64,000 nucleotides of DNA from a virus, in the IMG/VR virus record IMGVR_UViG_3300015202_000004, positions 19,943-83,942 of that record. The stretch is one strand, 5' to 3'. The position numbers and the translations under genes were made by a program. The notes below the pieces were generated by a model. That model saw only the letters and a program-made list of their open reading frames with translations. It was not told where the DNA came from and ran no database searches. Below, one piece after another: positions 9,601 to 17,604 of the stretch (the stretch's first letter is position 1; every line of letters starts with the position of its first letter).

Positions 9601-11988
9601 GCAGCAACTTATGTATATAATAATCAAAATTTATACAGCGGTGTATATGTCCAAATTACACTACTAGATATTTTAACTGTAACACCTAATTATGCAAACG
9701 TTATAGTAAGCCAAAGTCAACAATTAACTGCTACGTTAAAAAAAGCCGATGGCACAAGTCAAGACGTAACTAGCTTAGGGCAATGGGATATTCAAGCTGT
9801 TCCTGGTGGTGATTCAATTTCTGGAACAATCACAAATGATGGATTTTATACAGCGCCTGCAACTCTTCCTCCAGTAAACCCTTCTTATTCACAATTTCAT
9901 TATGCTTACAAAAACACAATTTTAGGCGCTTCATCAGGATTAAATATTGAATCGGCCACAGTTCCCGTGAAAACAATTCCCGCTCCTAATATTTTAAGTG
10001 TAACTCAAGCATGCCCAGGTCAGGCAGTGACCGTATCAGGAACTGACTTCTCTGCTGACGCACAAGTTAGATTTGTCAATGGCGGTCAAGTATTTACTGG
10101 TAATGGTGCGCCAAGCACGGCTGACGGTACTAATTACACTATATCTGTAATTATTCCTTCAAATCTATCGTCTAATGCAAATTCGTACCCTATTCAGGTA
10201 TTTGGCTCGAACGGCACTTCAAATACAAATGTTAATTTGGTCATTCCAGCCTCATGTGCTGCTCCACCGCCACCACCTGCAACCCTGGTAATAACACCAA
10301 GCTCTTCGACTGTAAATACTGGTTCAATTGAAAAATTAACTGCAACTTTTACGGATTCATCAGGTGCTTCTTCAGACGTATCAAGTATGGTAACTTGGTA
10401 TGTTCAAAGCATACAAGGTGGTAATTCAACCTATGGAACAATTGATTCTACAGGTAATTATTCTGCGCCTGCTGCGATTCCTAGTACTAATCCGGTTGCA
10501 GTTCAAGTCACGTATATTTCAAATGGTCAACCATTAAATGCGGCAGCTTCTGTTACAATAACAAAACCAAATACAATTGTACCACCAGTTTATCCGCCTA
10601 TTGTAACGCATCAGGGAAGCTACATGCTTCGTGTAAGCCCAGAGACAGTATCCCTCCCGGTTCCAGGTACTGGTCAACAGTTTACCGCTAATCTTTACAT
10701 TGACAACACAAATGTTGGTCCTGTTCAAGCGTCAAGCTGGTCAGTAAGTGGAATCAATGGCGGGGATTCATATCATGGAACAATTTCACCAAGTGGATAT
10801 TATACTCCGCCAGCACATTATGTGCCAACGGACTACAACGTCGTTAAGATTTCCGCAACATATACTGCGATGCCGCCTCCGCCTAACCAACCTATTCAGC
10901 TTGTTGGTTATGCGGTAGCAACACTTTATCAGACCCAAGTTCAAAGTGGACAATGTGTGGTTACCGTAGATAGTCAAATTAACATTTTCTTTGGGGATGG
11001 TCGTCATGGATTTATTCTTAAGGGTGCAAGTACCAATTTAAACCCTGGAGAATATCTTTTTGCAACGTACCAGGATAGCCTTGGGCCTACTTTAAATGCA
11101 TTAAATCTTGGTGGTAGCCAATCTTTGATGTTAACGACCCATGCTGCACAAGCTGACGATTTGCCAAGATATCTTTATAACGAAGGTACTTTGGTACAAG
11201 TAGCGGGTTCTTCGGCAATTGGTGATATTAATGATGTTTACAGAAAACCATATACTGTAGTTTTGGGAATTTGCGACCCTGTTTCTGGCTTTTTTCAAAG
11301 TATGTGGGATTTCATTAAAGTATCACAAGGAGCAGACGTTGATATTGTTGCACAGCCAACCACCTCGGTTCAATCTCACGACATGGTTGCTGATTTTAAA
11401 GATTTTGCTAAAGAAAAACTAAGCGTGGCAAAGTCTTTGGATACTTCACCTGTTATTAATAAAATTCAGTCGATGTGGACTGGAGTTTTGGAGTATAATG
11501 GTAAAAGTATCAAGATAACATCACCATTAAAGCTTATTCAGGTTAATTCTGAAAGCAACAAGTTTGAAGTTGCCTTTACATCAAATAGTAAGACGGTAAA
11601 AATTGCTCCAAACAGCGTTCTCTACTATAATGGTAGTGAGATAACATCGGCCCCTCTAAATGACCTAATGGAGCTTAACTCAAATACTTTTGTATTAGGT
11701 GTTTTATTAGATAAGTTTTACTCTGCATGGCCTTTCTTGATGGCACAAAATTCCCAGTTTGATTACTCGACTCAAGAATTGTCAAATGATTACATTAAAA
11801 TGGGAAGCATGCTCATTCAATGGGGTAAGATTGGTAAAAGTAAAGGCACAGTAAACTTAGTTGTACCGTTTGAAAAGTCTTACAAGATTCAAGGCGAAAA
11901 ATCGTTAAATATCACGGATACCAGATTGGACTCGTTCGACTATATTTGTGATGATAAAAATATTGCTTGGGTAGCAATTGGTTCGTAA
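6631..11988 (+). CDS. Tail fibre/adhesin 1 with IPT/TIG and Ig-like repeats (1785 aa)
   Basis: About 3 IPT/TIG-like units, 6 Ig-like units ending G.I...G.Y.AP, C-terminal LIQWG tail-fibre motif; position after baseplate. Confidence 0.7.
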   Translation: MAVVVPVNLTRVASQVLRVISLFPPVPTFQPDFNRNGYPEFPLPQDYARDTSIVSFGFPHSVDVSIMVPVDAPGVYSLPQNAFSFVSPSFISGVPPTGNDTYSVLLIDVDATPIEPGFSRLRVDYLDVNLQPVVDYLDMPQHPKWDHHPRETEELASFAKNSVNFLQREIQQNNADIAQVLNRMQLRGLSASGTLYATQASAGLQPSLAAHSLPVFEAVAELDQKFLQLKEKEVILPKTLTPGFVISSLPPTVLGGDTFTVTVTGGNLIQDDDLYISGYPLGATQTGLNSFSVTLPPSFNFTYNFVLYVGNKGIVRTRPATLTVIGLPSVKRVLTPTAGKYASVGDYVVVLGNNFGIIPGTVTFNNGVSAFIESWNFSDINFQVPSGVTSGYVEIKTVNDKTASFILNIVPKNYKDVFQVTPDVNVIPGNASQSFKAFFNGLPVSANWSLIDASGNVGKGTLAHGNIDANGLYTAPPNVASPFNIAVAANYVSSTGASFAKASATVIPSLGTLTMSPSAIIVEPSHTILFKVYNSGNQVKKVDYYVNGIQNGDINVGTISRGGLYQAPAFVPRNQTVHVEAIYSGVSAVSSIRIVSVGSISKANSGELLPKLTRNVAPGTDTGATTGTGTGTGTGTGTTGSTTTPTTSCPTPSSTFTTALNTSLTITDYRSSTTTVTADFYDNTTFGTTNCGTFGTVYVASGTDVVWTPPQGNTDFTSLLAITSDTGTHYVEVKVLAVCDAIYKYGDCSNQAITPFQQAEQTNPYIEQNVGPYTYWPSGNTYEASQANTIAGGQATNNLQLTIPGNPTQGFTLLAHVFQYFRNTNSSPASTATSIDMSVTSSRGTWTINDTTGQSVLYQGPGDTDYRTGIKPPVTFYGGDVVTISYIMNYGSSTDSSVAGGLDVFLLGTTTIAPPASLTVTPNISQVPLDNSQQFTAILTKSDGSTQDVTSLVNWFIHSFPGGNSTYGTITSNGLYTAPSLYPDFNPLDVAATYVYNNQNLYSGVYVQITLLDILTVTPNYANVIVSQSQQLTATLKKADGTSQDVTSLGQWDIQAVPGGDSISGTITNDGFYTAPATLPPVNPSYSQFHYAYKNTILGASSGLNIESATVPVKTIPAPNILSVTQACPGQAVTVSGTDFSADAQVRFVNGGQVFTGNGAPSTADGTNYTISVIIPSNLSSNANSYPIQVFGSNGTSNTNVNLVIPASCAAPPPPPATLVITPSSSTVNTGSIEKLTATFTDSSGASSDVSSMVTWYVQSIQGGNSTYGTIDSTGNYSAPAAIPSTNPVAVQVTYISNGQPLNAAASVTITKPNTIVPPVYPPIVTHQGSYMLRVSPETVSLPVPGTGQQFTANLYIDNTNVGPVQASSWSVSGINGGDSYHGTISPSGYYTPPAHYVPTDYNVVKISATYTAMPPPPNQPIQLVGYAVATLYQTQVQSGQCVVTVDSQINIFFGDGRHGFILKGASTNLNPGEYLFATYQDSLGPTLNALNLGGSQSLMLTTHAAQADDLPRYLYNEGTLVQVAGSSAIGDINDVYRKPYTVVLGICDPVSGFFQSMWDFIKVSQGADVDIVAQPTTSVQSHDMVADFKDFAKEKLSVAKSLDTSPVINKIQSMWTGVLEYNGKSIKITSPLKLIQVNSESNKFEVAFTSNSKTVKIAPNSVLYYNGSEITSAPLNDLMELNSNTFVLGVLLDKFYSAWPFLMAQNSQFDYSTQELSNDYIKMGSMLIQWGKIGKSKGTVNLVVPFEKSYKIQGEKSLNITDTRLDSFDYICDDKNIAWVAIGS
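8506..8541 (+). repeat. (ACTGGA)x6 perfect microsatellite encoding Thr-Gly linker
   Basis: Six exact hexamer copies read directly; protein TGTGTGTGTGTG. Confidence 0.95.
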
Positions 11989-11998
11989 GGAATAAAAT

Positions 11999-14900
11999 AT
12001 GTCAACAATTTTGAATTTTAATTTATCGCATACGGCAAGTTTGATTACCGAAATCATTTGCTTGTTTGACCCAGCACCAGCTTTTCAATATCAAAGAAAT
12101 GCTGATTTTAGCTATTCTATCACGACAGACGATAAGTTAATCCGCGATACCAGTGTGGCTTCGGCGGGCTTTAATGCATCTGACATTAGTGCTCCATCAA
12201 CTAAGTTAAATTTACCTTCTAATGCCTACTCAATTAATTTTCCTTCAAAAGTTTATAATACCCCTTCTAGCCAGGACACTTACAGTGTTGTTCTTGTTAA
12301 CAGTGCCTTAGCTAAAGTAGAACCTGGTTTTTCAAGAGTGCGTATTACGTACAGTTATTATGATGCTGGTTCTGGAACAGTTAGCTCTCTTGCTGAATAT
12401 TTTGATTGCCCTTTTTATGAAGGATTTAACGTTACTGCTCGCGAACTGAATAACCTTAAAGATTACATCGAAGAAGCGAATTCTTTCTTACAAAAAGAAA
12501 TTGATATTATAACTACAGAAGTTCAATATGCCTTATCAAGAGAGTTCTGGCGCGGTACTTCTGTTTCGGGTAAGCTATCCGCTACTCCAATCAGTACTGG
12601 ATTGCAAACAGGTCCTTTGACTCGTGGTGAATTTGCACATTCAATGAATAGTTCAAAGAGCCTAGCTGCTTTAAGTTCTGCTGCTTTCGGACCAGGAACT
12701 GGTTCGATAACAATCACAAGACCAACAGGCGGGACAGTAGAACAGTATTTCTCGGTTCCAGATGGTAATGGTTGTCAGGGTATTCAAGAGGGTTATTTTG
12801 CCGAAGGTGTGGACTCAAATGGGCAAAGAGTAATTGTACTTGTAGATTCTTCAAACAATACGAATTCATTTTTCTCAGCAGTTACTCACGGTTTCTATTT
12901 CACCAGTGATAATGGCGTAGATAGCATTGTTGGTCCAACAACAGATAAGACTTATTTCAACCTCCATGCATATATTGATGGAACACCAGAGTCTGCTGGA
13001 ATACAAAAACTTACTAATGCCAACGATAATTTAGGACAATACATCATTCTTGGTGCGCCAGGCGTTAATGGTCATACTTTAATTGGCGCAAGCACTGGCG
13101 TTGCACAATACGCATATAACAGTGCCAGTAATTATGTTTATAGCCCACCATCTACTGGCACTTTTACTACAAATTATGTTGGCTACCAGCCAGTACAAAC
13201 GGCAGTTTACGATACAGTTTCATATAACGGTGCTAACATTCCTCGTGTTATCTGGTATCCTCCAAATAATACAAATACAATTACTTTGGCCGACGTAAAT
13301 TCCCTATCAACAACCCAGGGAACGGGCGGAAGCGCCTATGGTAAAAGCAATGATACTCCGCTTAATTTATCATTAAACCTAATCAGTGCGACACCACCTG
13401 CAAGTCCACCAGTAATTACTTCGGTTTCTTCGACTTCTGGTTGCGTTGGTCAAAGCGTCAGTATTTCTGGTGCTAATTTTAATGGTACCCGCGATACTGC
13501 AAATATCAATAACACACCTGCTACATTGAATGTCACAAGCACAACTACTGCAACAGTCGTCGTACCTTCAACTGCCGCAGGTCCAACAACTTTGACAATT
13601 TCTGACGGAGTAAATCCGCCAACTTCTTCGCCATTCACTGTATTAGGTCAACCTAATCTTACAAGTGTAAGCCCGACTCAGGCTCCTCCTGGCGCTCAAG
13701 TTACACTAAACGGTACTAACTTTGGAACCCAAGACGGAAATTCGGCAGTTTACATTAACAATGTATCTGGTGTAATTGTTAGTTGGACTGATACTGCTGT
13801 AGTAATTACTGTTCCAAACACAACGGCTGGTGCCACCCAGATTCGTTTACATTCGGATTGCGGCGATTCTTCAAGCGCTCAATTTATTGTAAGTAGTAAT
13901 GATAGTTTAGCCATTAATCCGCATACCGCGACTGTAACGGCTGGCTCAACATTCCAATTTAACGCTGTTTTCTATCAAGGCAGCAATGGAACAAACGTAA
14001 GTTCTGGTGCAAATACTGTTTGGTTTGTAAATAATGTAATCGGCGGTGAAAGTACACATGGTACGATTACTCAAAGTGGCTTATATGCCGCTCCTGGGTC
14101 AACACCACCTTCAACTATAGTAGTAAGCGTACAGTACTTTGATTCTGCACAAAATAAGTATTTGACAGATTCTGCACAAGTCCAATTATCGCCTGCTCCA
14201 CAGCTTACAATCGCACCTGCAAATACAACTTTAAATGCAGGTCAGCAACAGCAGTATGCCGTTACTTTGGTTGTGGGCGGAGCTTCTACTGATGTAACTT
14301 CATCGTCATCGTATGCCGTAAATGGTACACCTGGCGGAGATATTGCCGATGGAACCATTACTTCTGGCGGTCTATACACTGCGCCAGGTAATTTAACATC
14401 TGCCACTGTTGAAAACATTACGGCTTCTTATTCATACATGGGTACAATCTATAATGCCACAGCCGTAGCAACGGTAAATGCAGTTCCAAGTGACCATTCA
14501 AATATCACTGTTACAAGCCAGCTTAACGTATTCCTCGGGGATGGTCGTTTCGGATATGTTCCAGTAGGCACACAATTAATTGTATATCCTAACCAGTATG
14601 TATTCGTTCAATTTGCCGAACAGCTTGACCTTCAAAACCATCTTCCAGTTGCCTCTTACTTGCCTGTCCAGCAATTAGGAATTCAAGTCAAAGATGCTCT
14701 TGACGGTGATATTTCCAACGTCATTTATAATTTAGCTGATAAAGTTTATAATTTAGATGGTACGACCAATACTAAGCGTACCGTTGTATTAGGCATTCTA
14801 GACCCAAGCGACGGCCTATTCCACAGCATGTGGGACATTGCAAATCCTTCGGCACAAGGACCTGATGTAGACACGCACGGTATTGAACTTTCAAAGGCGC

Positions 14901-15625
14901 TATTTGCCGAAGATACGAAGGCTTTTAAAGGCAATCATTCATTCACAGGTAGTATCACTGATTATGTCAATGACTTAGCTGGCGGCGGTCAAACTCAGTT
15001 GGATGCCTTGAATGCTCGTACAAACATTTTGTTAACAGGCAACTGTTCATACGATTCGAGTGCCAATACATTTAAAATTCTTGATAGCTTACATATTTTA
15101 GGTATATCAAGTGATAAGTCTTACGGAATCTTAGGATTGATTCCGAGCCAGGAAATAAAGTTGGAGCCAAATCAATATCTATTTATTGATGAAACAAAAA
15201 CTTTAAAGGTTGGTAATTTTGCCGACGTATTCTTGGAAGGCAGAGACGCGAAGACCATTGTGGTTGGAGCGGTTCTAGACAAATTCTATACCACCTGGCC
15301 TTTACTAAAAATGCTTGACGTAGATACAAGTAACGTCAAAGATTTTGGTGCTGATAGCTTTATGCAAGTTGGACCTCTACTTATCCAGTGGGGATTGTCA
15401 GAACAGTATACAATTGTTAAAAAATCTGCAACTACTAACAAGATTAAGTTCCCTGTTCCATTCAATAAGTCTTGTATCGTATTAACAGAAGCACAGAACA
15501 GTGAAGGCGGCTTCCCTAACGCTCAAACAGAAAACACCACTACCGAAGACTTTGATGCCAAGCTAATCAATTTAGGCAACATGGAAGTCACAAGTCATGT
15601 TTCCTGGATAGCACTTGGTATGTAA
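11999..15625 (+). CDS. Tail fibre/adhesin 2, paralog of fibre 1 (1208 aa)
   Basis: Shares N-terminal (RDTS..S.GF, EPGFSR.R..Y) and C-terminal (GDGR.G, VVLGI.DP..G.F.SMWD, LDKFY..WP.L, LIQWG) blocks with fibre 1; 2 IPT and 2 Ig-like units. Confidence 0.7.
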   Translation: MSTILNFNLSHTASLITEIICLFDPAPAFQYQRNADFSYSITTDDKLIRDTSVASAGFNASDISAPSTKLNLPSNAYSINFPSKVYNTPSSQDTYSVVLVNSALAKVEPGFSRVRITYSYYDAGSGTVSSLAEYFDCPFYEGFNVTARELNNLKDYIEEANSFLQKEIDIITTEVQYALSREFWRGTSVSGKLSATPISTGLQTGPLTRGEFAHSMNSSKSLAALSSAAFGPGTGSITITRPTGGTVEQYFSVPDGNGCQGIQEGYFAEGVDSNGQRVIVLVDSSNNTNSFFSAVTHGFYFTSDNGVDSIVGPTTDKTYFNLHAYIDGTPESAGIQKLTNANDNLGQYIILGAPGVNGHTLIGASTGVAQYAYNSASNYVYSPPSTGTFTTNYVGYQPVQTAVYDTVSYNGANIPRVIWYPPNNTNTITLADVNSLSTTQGTGGSAYGKSNDTPLNLSLNLISATPPASPPVITSVSSTSGCVGQSVSISGANFNGTRDTANINNTPATLNVTSTTTATVVVPSTAAGPTTLTISDGVNPPTSSPFTVLGQPNLTSVSPTQAPPGAQVTLNGTNFGTQDGNSAVYINNVSGVIVSWTDTAVVITVPNTTAGATQIRLHSDCGDSSSAQFIVSSNDSLAINPHTATVTAGSTFQFNAVFYQGSNGTNVSSGANTVWFVNNVIGGESTHGTITQSGLYAAPGSTPPSTIVVSVQYFDSAQNKYLTDSAQVQLSPAPQLTIAPANTTLNAGQQQQYAVTLVVGGASTDVTSSSSYAVNGTPGGDIADGTITSGGLYTAPGNLTSATVENITASYSYMGTIYNATAVATVNAVPSDHSNITVTSQLNVFLGDGRFGYVPVGTQLIVYPNQYVFVQFAEQLDLQNHLPVASYLPVQQLGIQVKDALDGDISNVIYNLADKVYNLDGTTNTKRTVVLGILDPSDGLFHSMWDIANPSAQGPDVDTHGIELSKALFAEDTKAFKGNHSFTGSITDYVNDLAGGGQTQLDALNARTNILLTGNCSYDSSANTFKILDSLHILGISSDKSYGILGLIPSQEIKLEPNQYLFIDETKTLKVGNFADVFLEGRDAKTIVVGAVLDKFYTTWPLLKMLDVDTSNVKDFGADSFMQVGPLLIQWGLSEQYTIVKKSATTNKIKFPVPFNKSCIVLTEAQNSEGGFPNAQTENTTTEDFDAKLINLGNMEVTSHVSWIALGM

Positions 15626-15661
15626 TTTGCCAGAGGAGAAAATCCAAAAGGATGACCTCCG

Positions 15662-15904
15662 ATGTACAAATGTATCGTGGTTTTTCTAACGATTTCTTTT
15701 TTAGGTCTTGCACCATTACCCAAAGCCATTCCACATAATAAAATAGTGCATGATACAAAGAAATCCTCAGTATCGTCTAAAGACGGCAAATGTATTAAGT
15801 GGATTAAACAAATTGCCACAATAGCCTATGCCGTCGATGGCAAATGGTACCAGCATGATGCTGGTATACTATGTGTGCTTTATCAAAATCAAATCACTAA
15901 ATAG
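15662..15904 (+). CDS. Hypothetical protein with signal-peptide-like N-terminus
   Basis: 80-aa ORF, hydrophobic MYKCIVVFLTISFLGLA start. Confidence 0.4.
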   Translation: MYKCIVVFLTISFLGLAPLPKAIPHNKIVHDTKKSSVSSKDGKCIKWIKQIATIAYAVDGKWYQHDAGILCVLYQNQITK

Positions 15905-15988
15905 ACCCCGCTATTGTTAATTATTACGATAGCTTAAATATCTATTTCTAGAAGACCATTCCACAGTCTTAATTTCAAGGAGAAAATA

Positions 15989-16357
15989 ATGGCAATTGTA
16001 ACTTTCGGCGCAACAGCCCGTGCAACCGACTCAATCGCAATCAAAAACACCACAACTTCTTCACTAGTATTCGGTATTCTTCGTAGCACCGTTGTTGAAG
16101 CTGGCAAGACAAAGTTCTTGACATTGGCCGATTACGACGCACGTCTACGTGGTACGAACATCCACCACAACAATCTTTATGCTGTTAACTCAGACGGTAA
16201 GACACCTTACCTCGATGACGTAGCAGAATTCGCAAAATTGCTTCGCAATGGTACACTTGTTCTTTCTACTGCTAGCACAGTAGCAAGCGGCGGATTCACC
16301 ACTGGCGCACCATTAGCTTCGTCAGTATACGGCGACGGCTCAGTAGTATTTAGCTAA
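15989..16357 (+). CDS. Small probable structural protein (122 aa)
   Basis: Strong SD AAGGAGA, T/A/S-rich, followed by terminator; last gene of the virion block. Confidence 0.55.
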   Translation: MAIVTFGATARATDSIAIKNTTTSSLVFGILRSTVVEAGKTKFLTLADYDARLRGTNIHHNNLYAVNSDGKTPYLDDVAEFAKLLRNGTLVLSTASTVASGGFTTGAPLASSVYGDGSVVFS

Positions 16358-16367
16358 TTTCAAGAAT

Positions 16368-16397
16368 GCCGGGATGAAATACTCCCGGCTTGTTCTT
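16368..16397 (+). terminator. Intrinsic terminator-like hairpin
   Basis: GCCGGGA/TCCCGGC 7-bp stem followed by TTGTTCTT after 15989-16357. Confidence 0.65.
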
Positions 16398-16471
16398 AAA
16401 ACCTTTACAGGTTTATTTAACTTACCTAAAACTTCTAATGTGGCTTTGATTTCTGTGGAATAAGTCTAAAT

Positions 16472-16501
16472 AAAAGGACACCCTTTAAAAGGTGTCCTTT
16501 T
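16472..16501. terminator. Bidirectional intrinsic terminator between convergent blocks
   Basis: AAAAGGACACC-ctttaaaa-GGTGTCCTTTT inverted repeat with T-runs in both directions. Confidence 0.85.
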
Positions 16502-16502
16502 G

Positions 16503-16712
16503 CTATTCTGGGATATTCGAGCCATCATGAAAGCCGCGTCTGTAGCCTTCACTATATGCGTCGTTTTTAACACGCATTATTTCATTGTATTTTGTGACTT
16601 TTTCTACAAGTTCTAAAATCTTCTCTTTGCCTTCGAATGTTAGCCCTAGTTCTTTTTCCAAACGAGCTAATTCTATGTTTAACAGAAGCAGATTATACCT
16701 TTTATCTTCCAT
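16503..16712 (-). CDS. Hypothetical protein (69 aa)
   Basis: ORF with AAGGA SD; C-terminal AYSEGYRRGFHDG motif common in small phage proteins. Confidence 0.55.
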   Translation of the reverse strand: MEDKRYNLLLLNIELARLEKELGLTFEGKEKILELVEKVTKYNEIMRVKNDAYSEGYRRGFHDGSNIPE

Positions 16713-16713
16713 A

Positions 16714-17529
16714 TTAATCCTTTAATTTTACTAAGTTTTTGCTCAAAATTCTCTTTGCTCGCTTGAATGTTTTTTCGACTTCTTCAAGAGGCATACCTAA
16801 TTCTTCTGCTATGAAACTTGGCTTGGCGGTCATGCCTTCTTCGCCGTTTACTAGGCCAAGACGCATTTGAACAATTTTCCATTCTTTATTGGTTAACATA
16901 CCAATGGCTCTTTGATTATCTGGCGAGAAAACATGGGTAATGCTTTGTTCAAAAGTAGGGTCTAAGTCGCCGTTTTCAGCAATCATTTTTGGGCTTCGAC
17001 GTTCGTTGTCTCCGCCAGTATTATCGCCATTGAAATGCCAATCTAAAGAATCCGCTTTCATAGCTCTTTTGGCAAGTTCCTTGCGTTCTTCCGTGTTGCA
17101 TCCAGGATTCTTAATATCGAACTGAATAGCTCTCAAAGTATGTGCAGGAATATGCGTTGCATTAGACCTATGTGATAGGCTTTGCATTTCTGATAAGATA
17201 TAACTATGTGCATAAGTTAAAAGCGCTTGATTAGCTACAACGGCATTTGTATTAGGATTAATAGAGGTTCTATCGAGCTTAAACTTCTTTACCGCTTTGA
17301 TAAGACCAACTCTGCCTTCTTGAACTAAATCTTCATACTCGACTACTTTACCAAATTTTTGGTACTGCTCTGATGCGACTTTTTGAATATAAGCAGTATG
17401 AGCGATTAATAATTGTTCAATATATTTAGCCTCACCTGTTAATTGATATTGTCTAATAAGCTCTCGCTCAGTATTTCTATCTAGATACTTCTTAATCGGT
17501 GATTTCTTTTTCTCTAGTTTGTAATTCAT
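16714..17529 (-). CDS. Sigma-70-family RNA polymerase sigma factor
   Basis: Region 2 YEDLVQEGRVGLIKAVKKF and LLTYAHSYI; region 4 LTNKEWKIVQMRLGL...IAEELGMPLEEV. Confidence 0.9.
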   Translation of the reverse strand: MNYKLEKKKSPIKKYLDRNTERELIRQYQLTGEAKYIEQLLIAHTAYIQKVASEQYQKFGKVVEYEDLVQEGRVGLIKAVKKFKLDRTSINPNTNAVVANQALLTYAHSYILSEMQSLSHRSNATHIPAHTLRAIQFDIKNPGCNTEERKELAKRAMKADSLDWHFNGDNTGGDNERRSPKMIAENGDLDPTFEQSITHVFSPDNQRAIGMLTNKEWKIVQMRLGLVNGEEGMTAKPSFIAEELGMPLEEVEKTFKRAKRILSKNLVKLKD

Positions 17530-17574
17530 AAATTCCAGTAATACTCCAAAATGTAAGGTAATCGCTTTATGTGT

Positions 17575-17603
17575 ACTATATCACGAAACACATAATTAAA
17601 CAA
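17575..17603 (-). promoter_or_regulatory. Sigma70-like promoter of the sigma gene with overlapping inverted repeat
   Basis: TTGTTT-17-TATAGT; TTATGTGT (17567-74) / ACACATAA (17588-95) 8-bp inverted repeat flanks the -10 box. Confidence 0.55.
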
Positions 17604-17604
17604 G

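Noticed and set aside
6631-15625. Diversity-generating retroelement acting on the tail fibres
   Set aside because: Repeats are diverged at all positions, no near-identical template/variable pair was seen, and there is no reverse transcriptase in the window.
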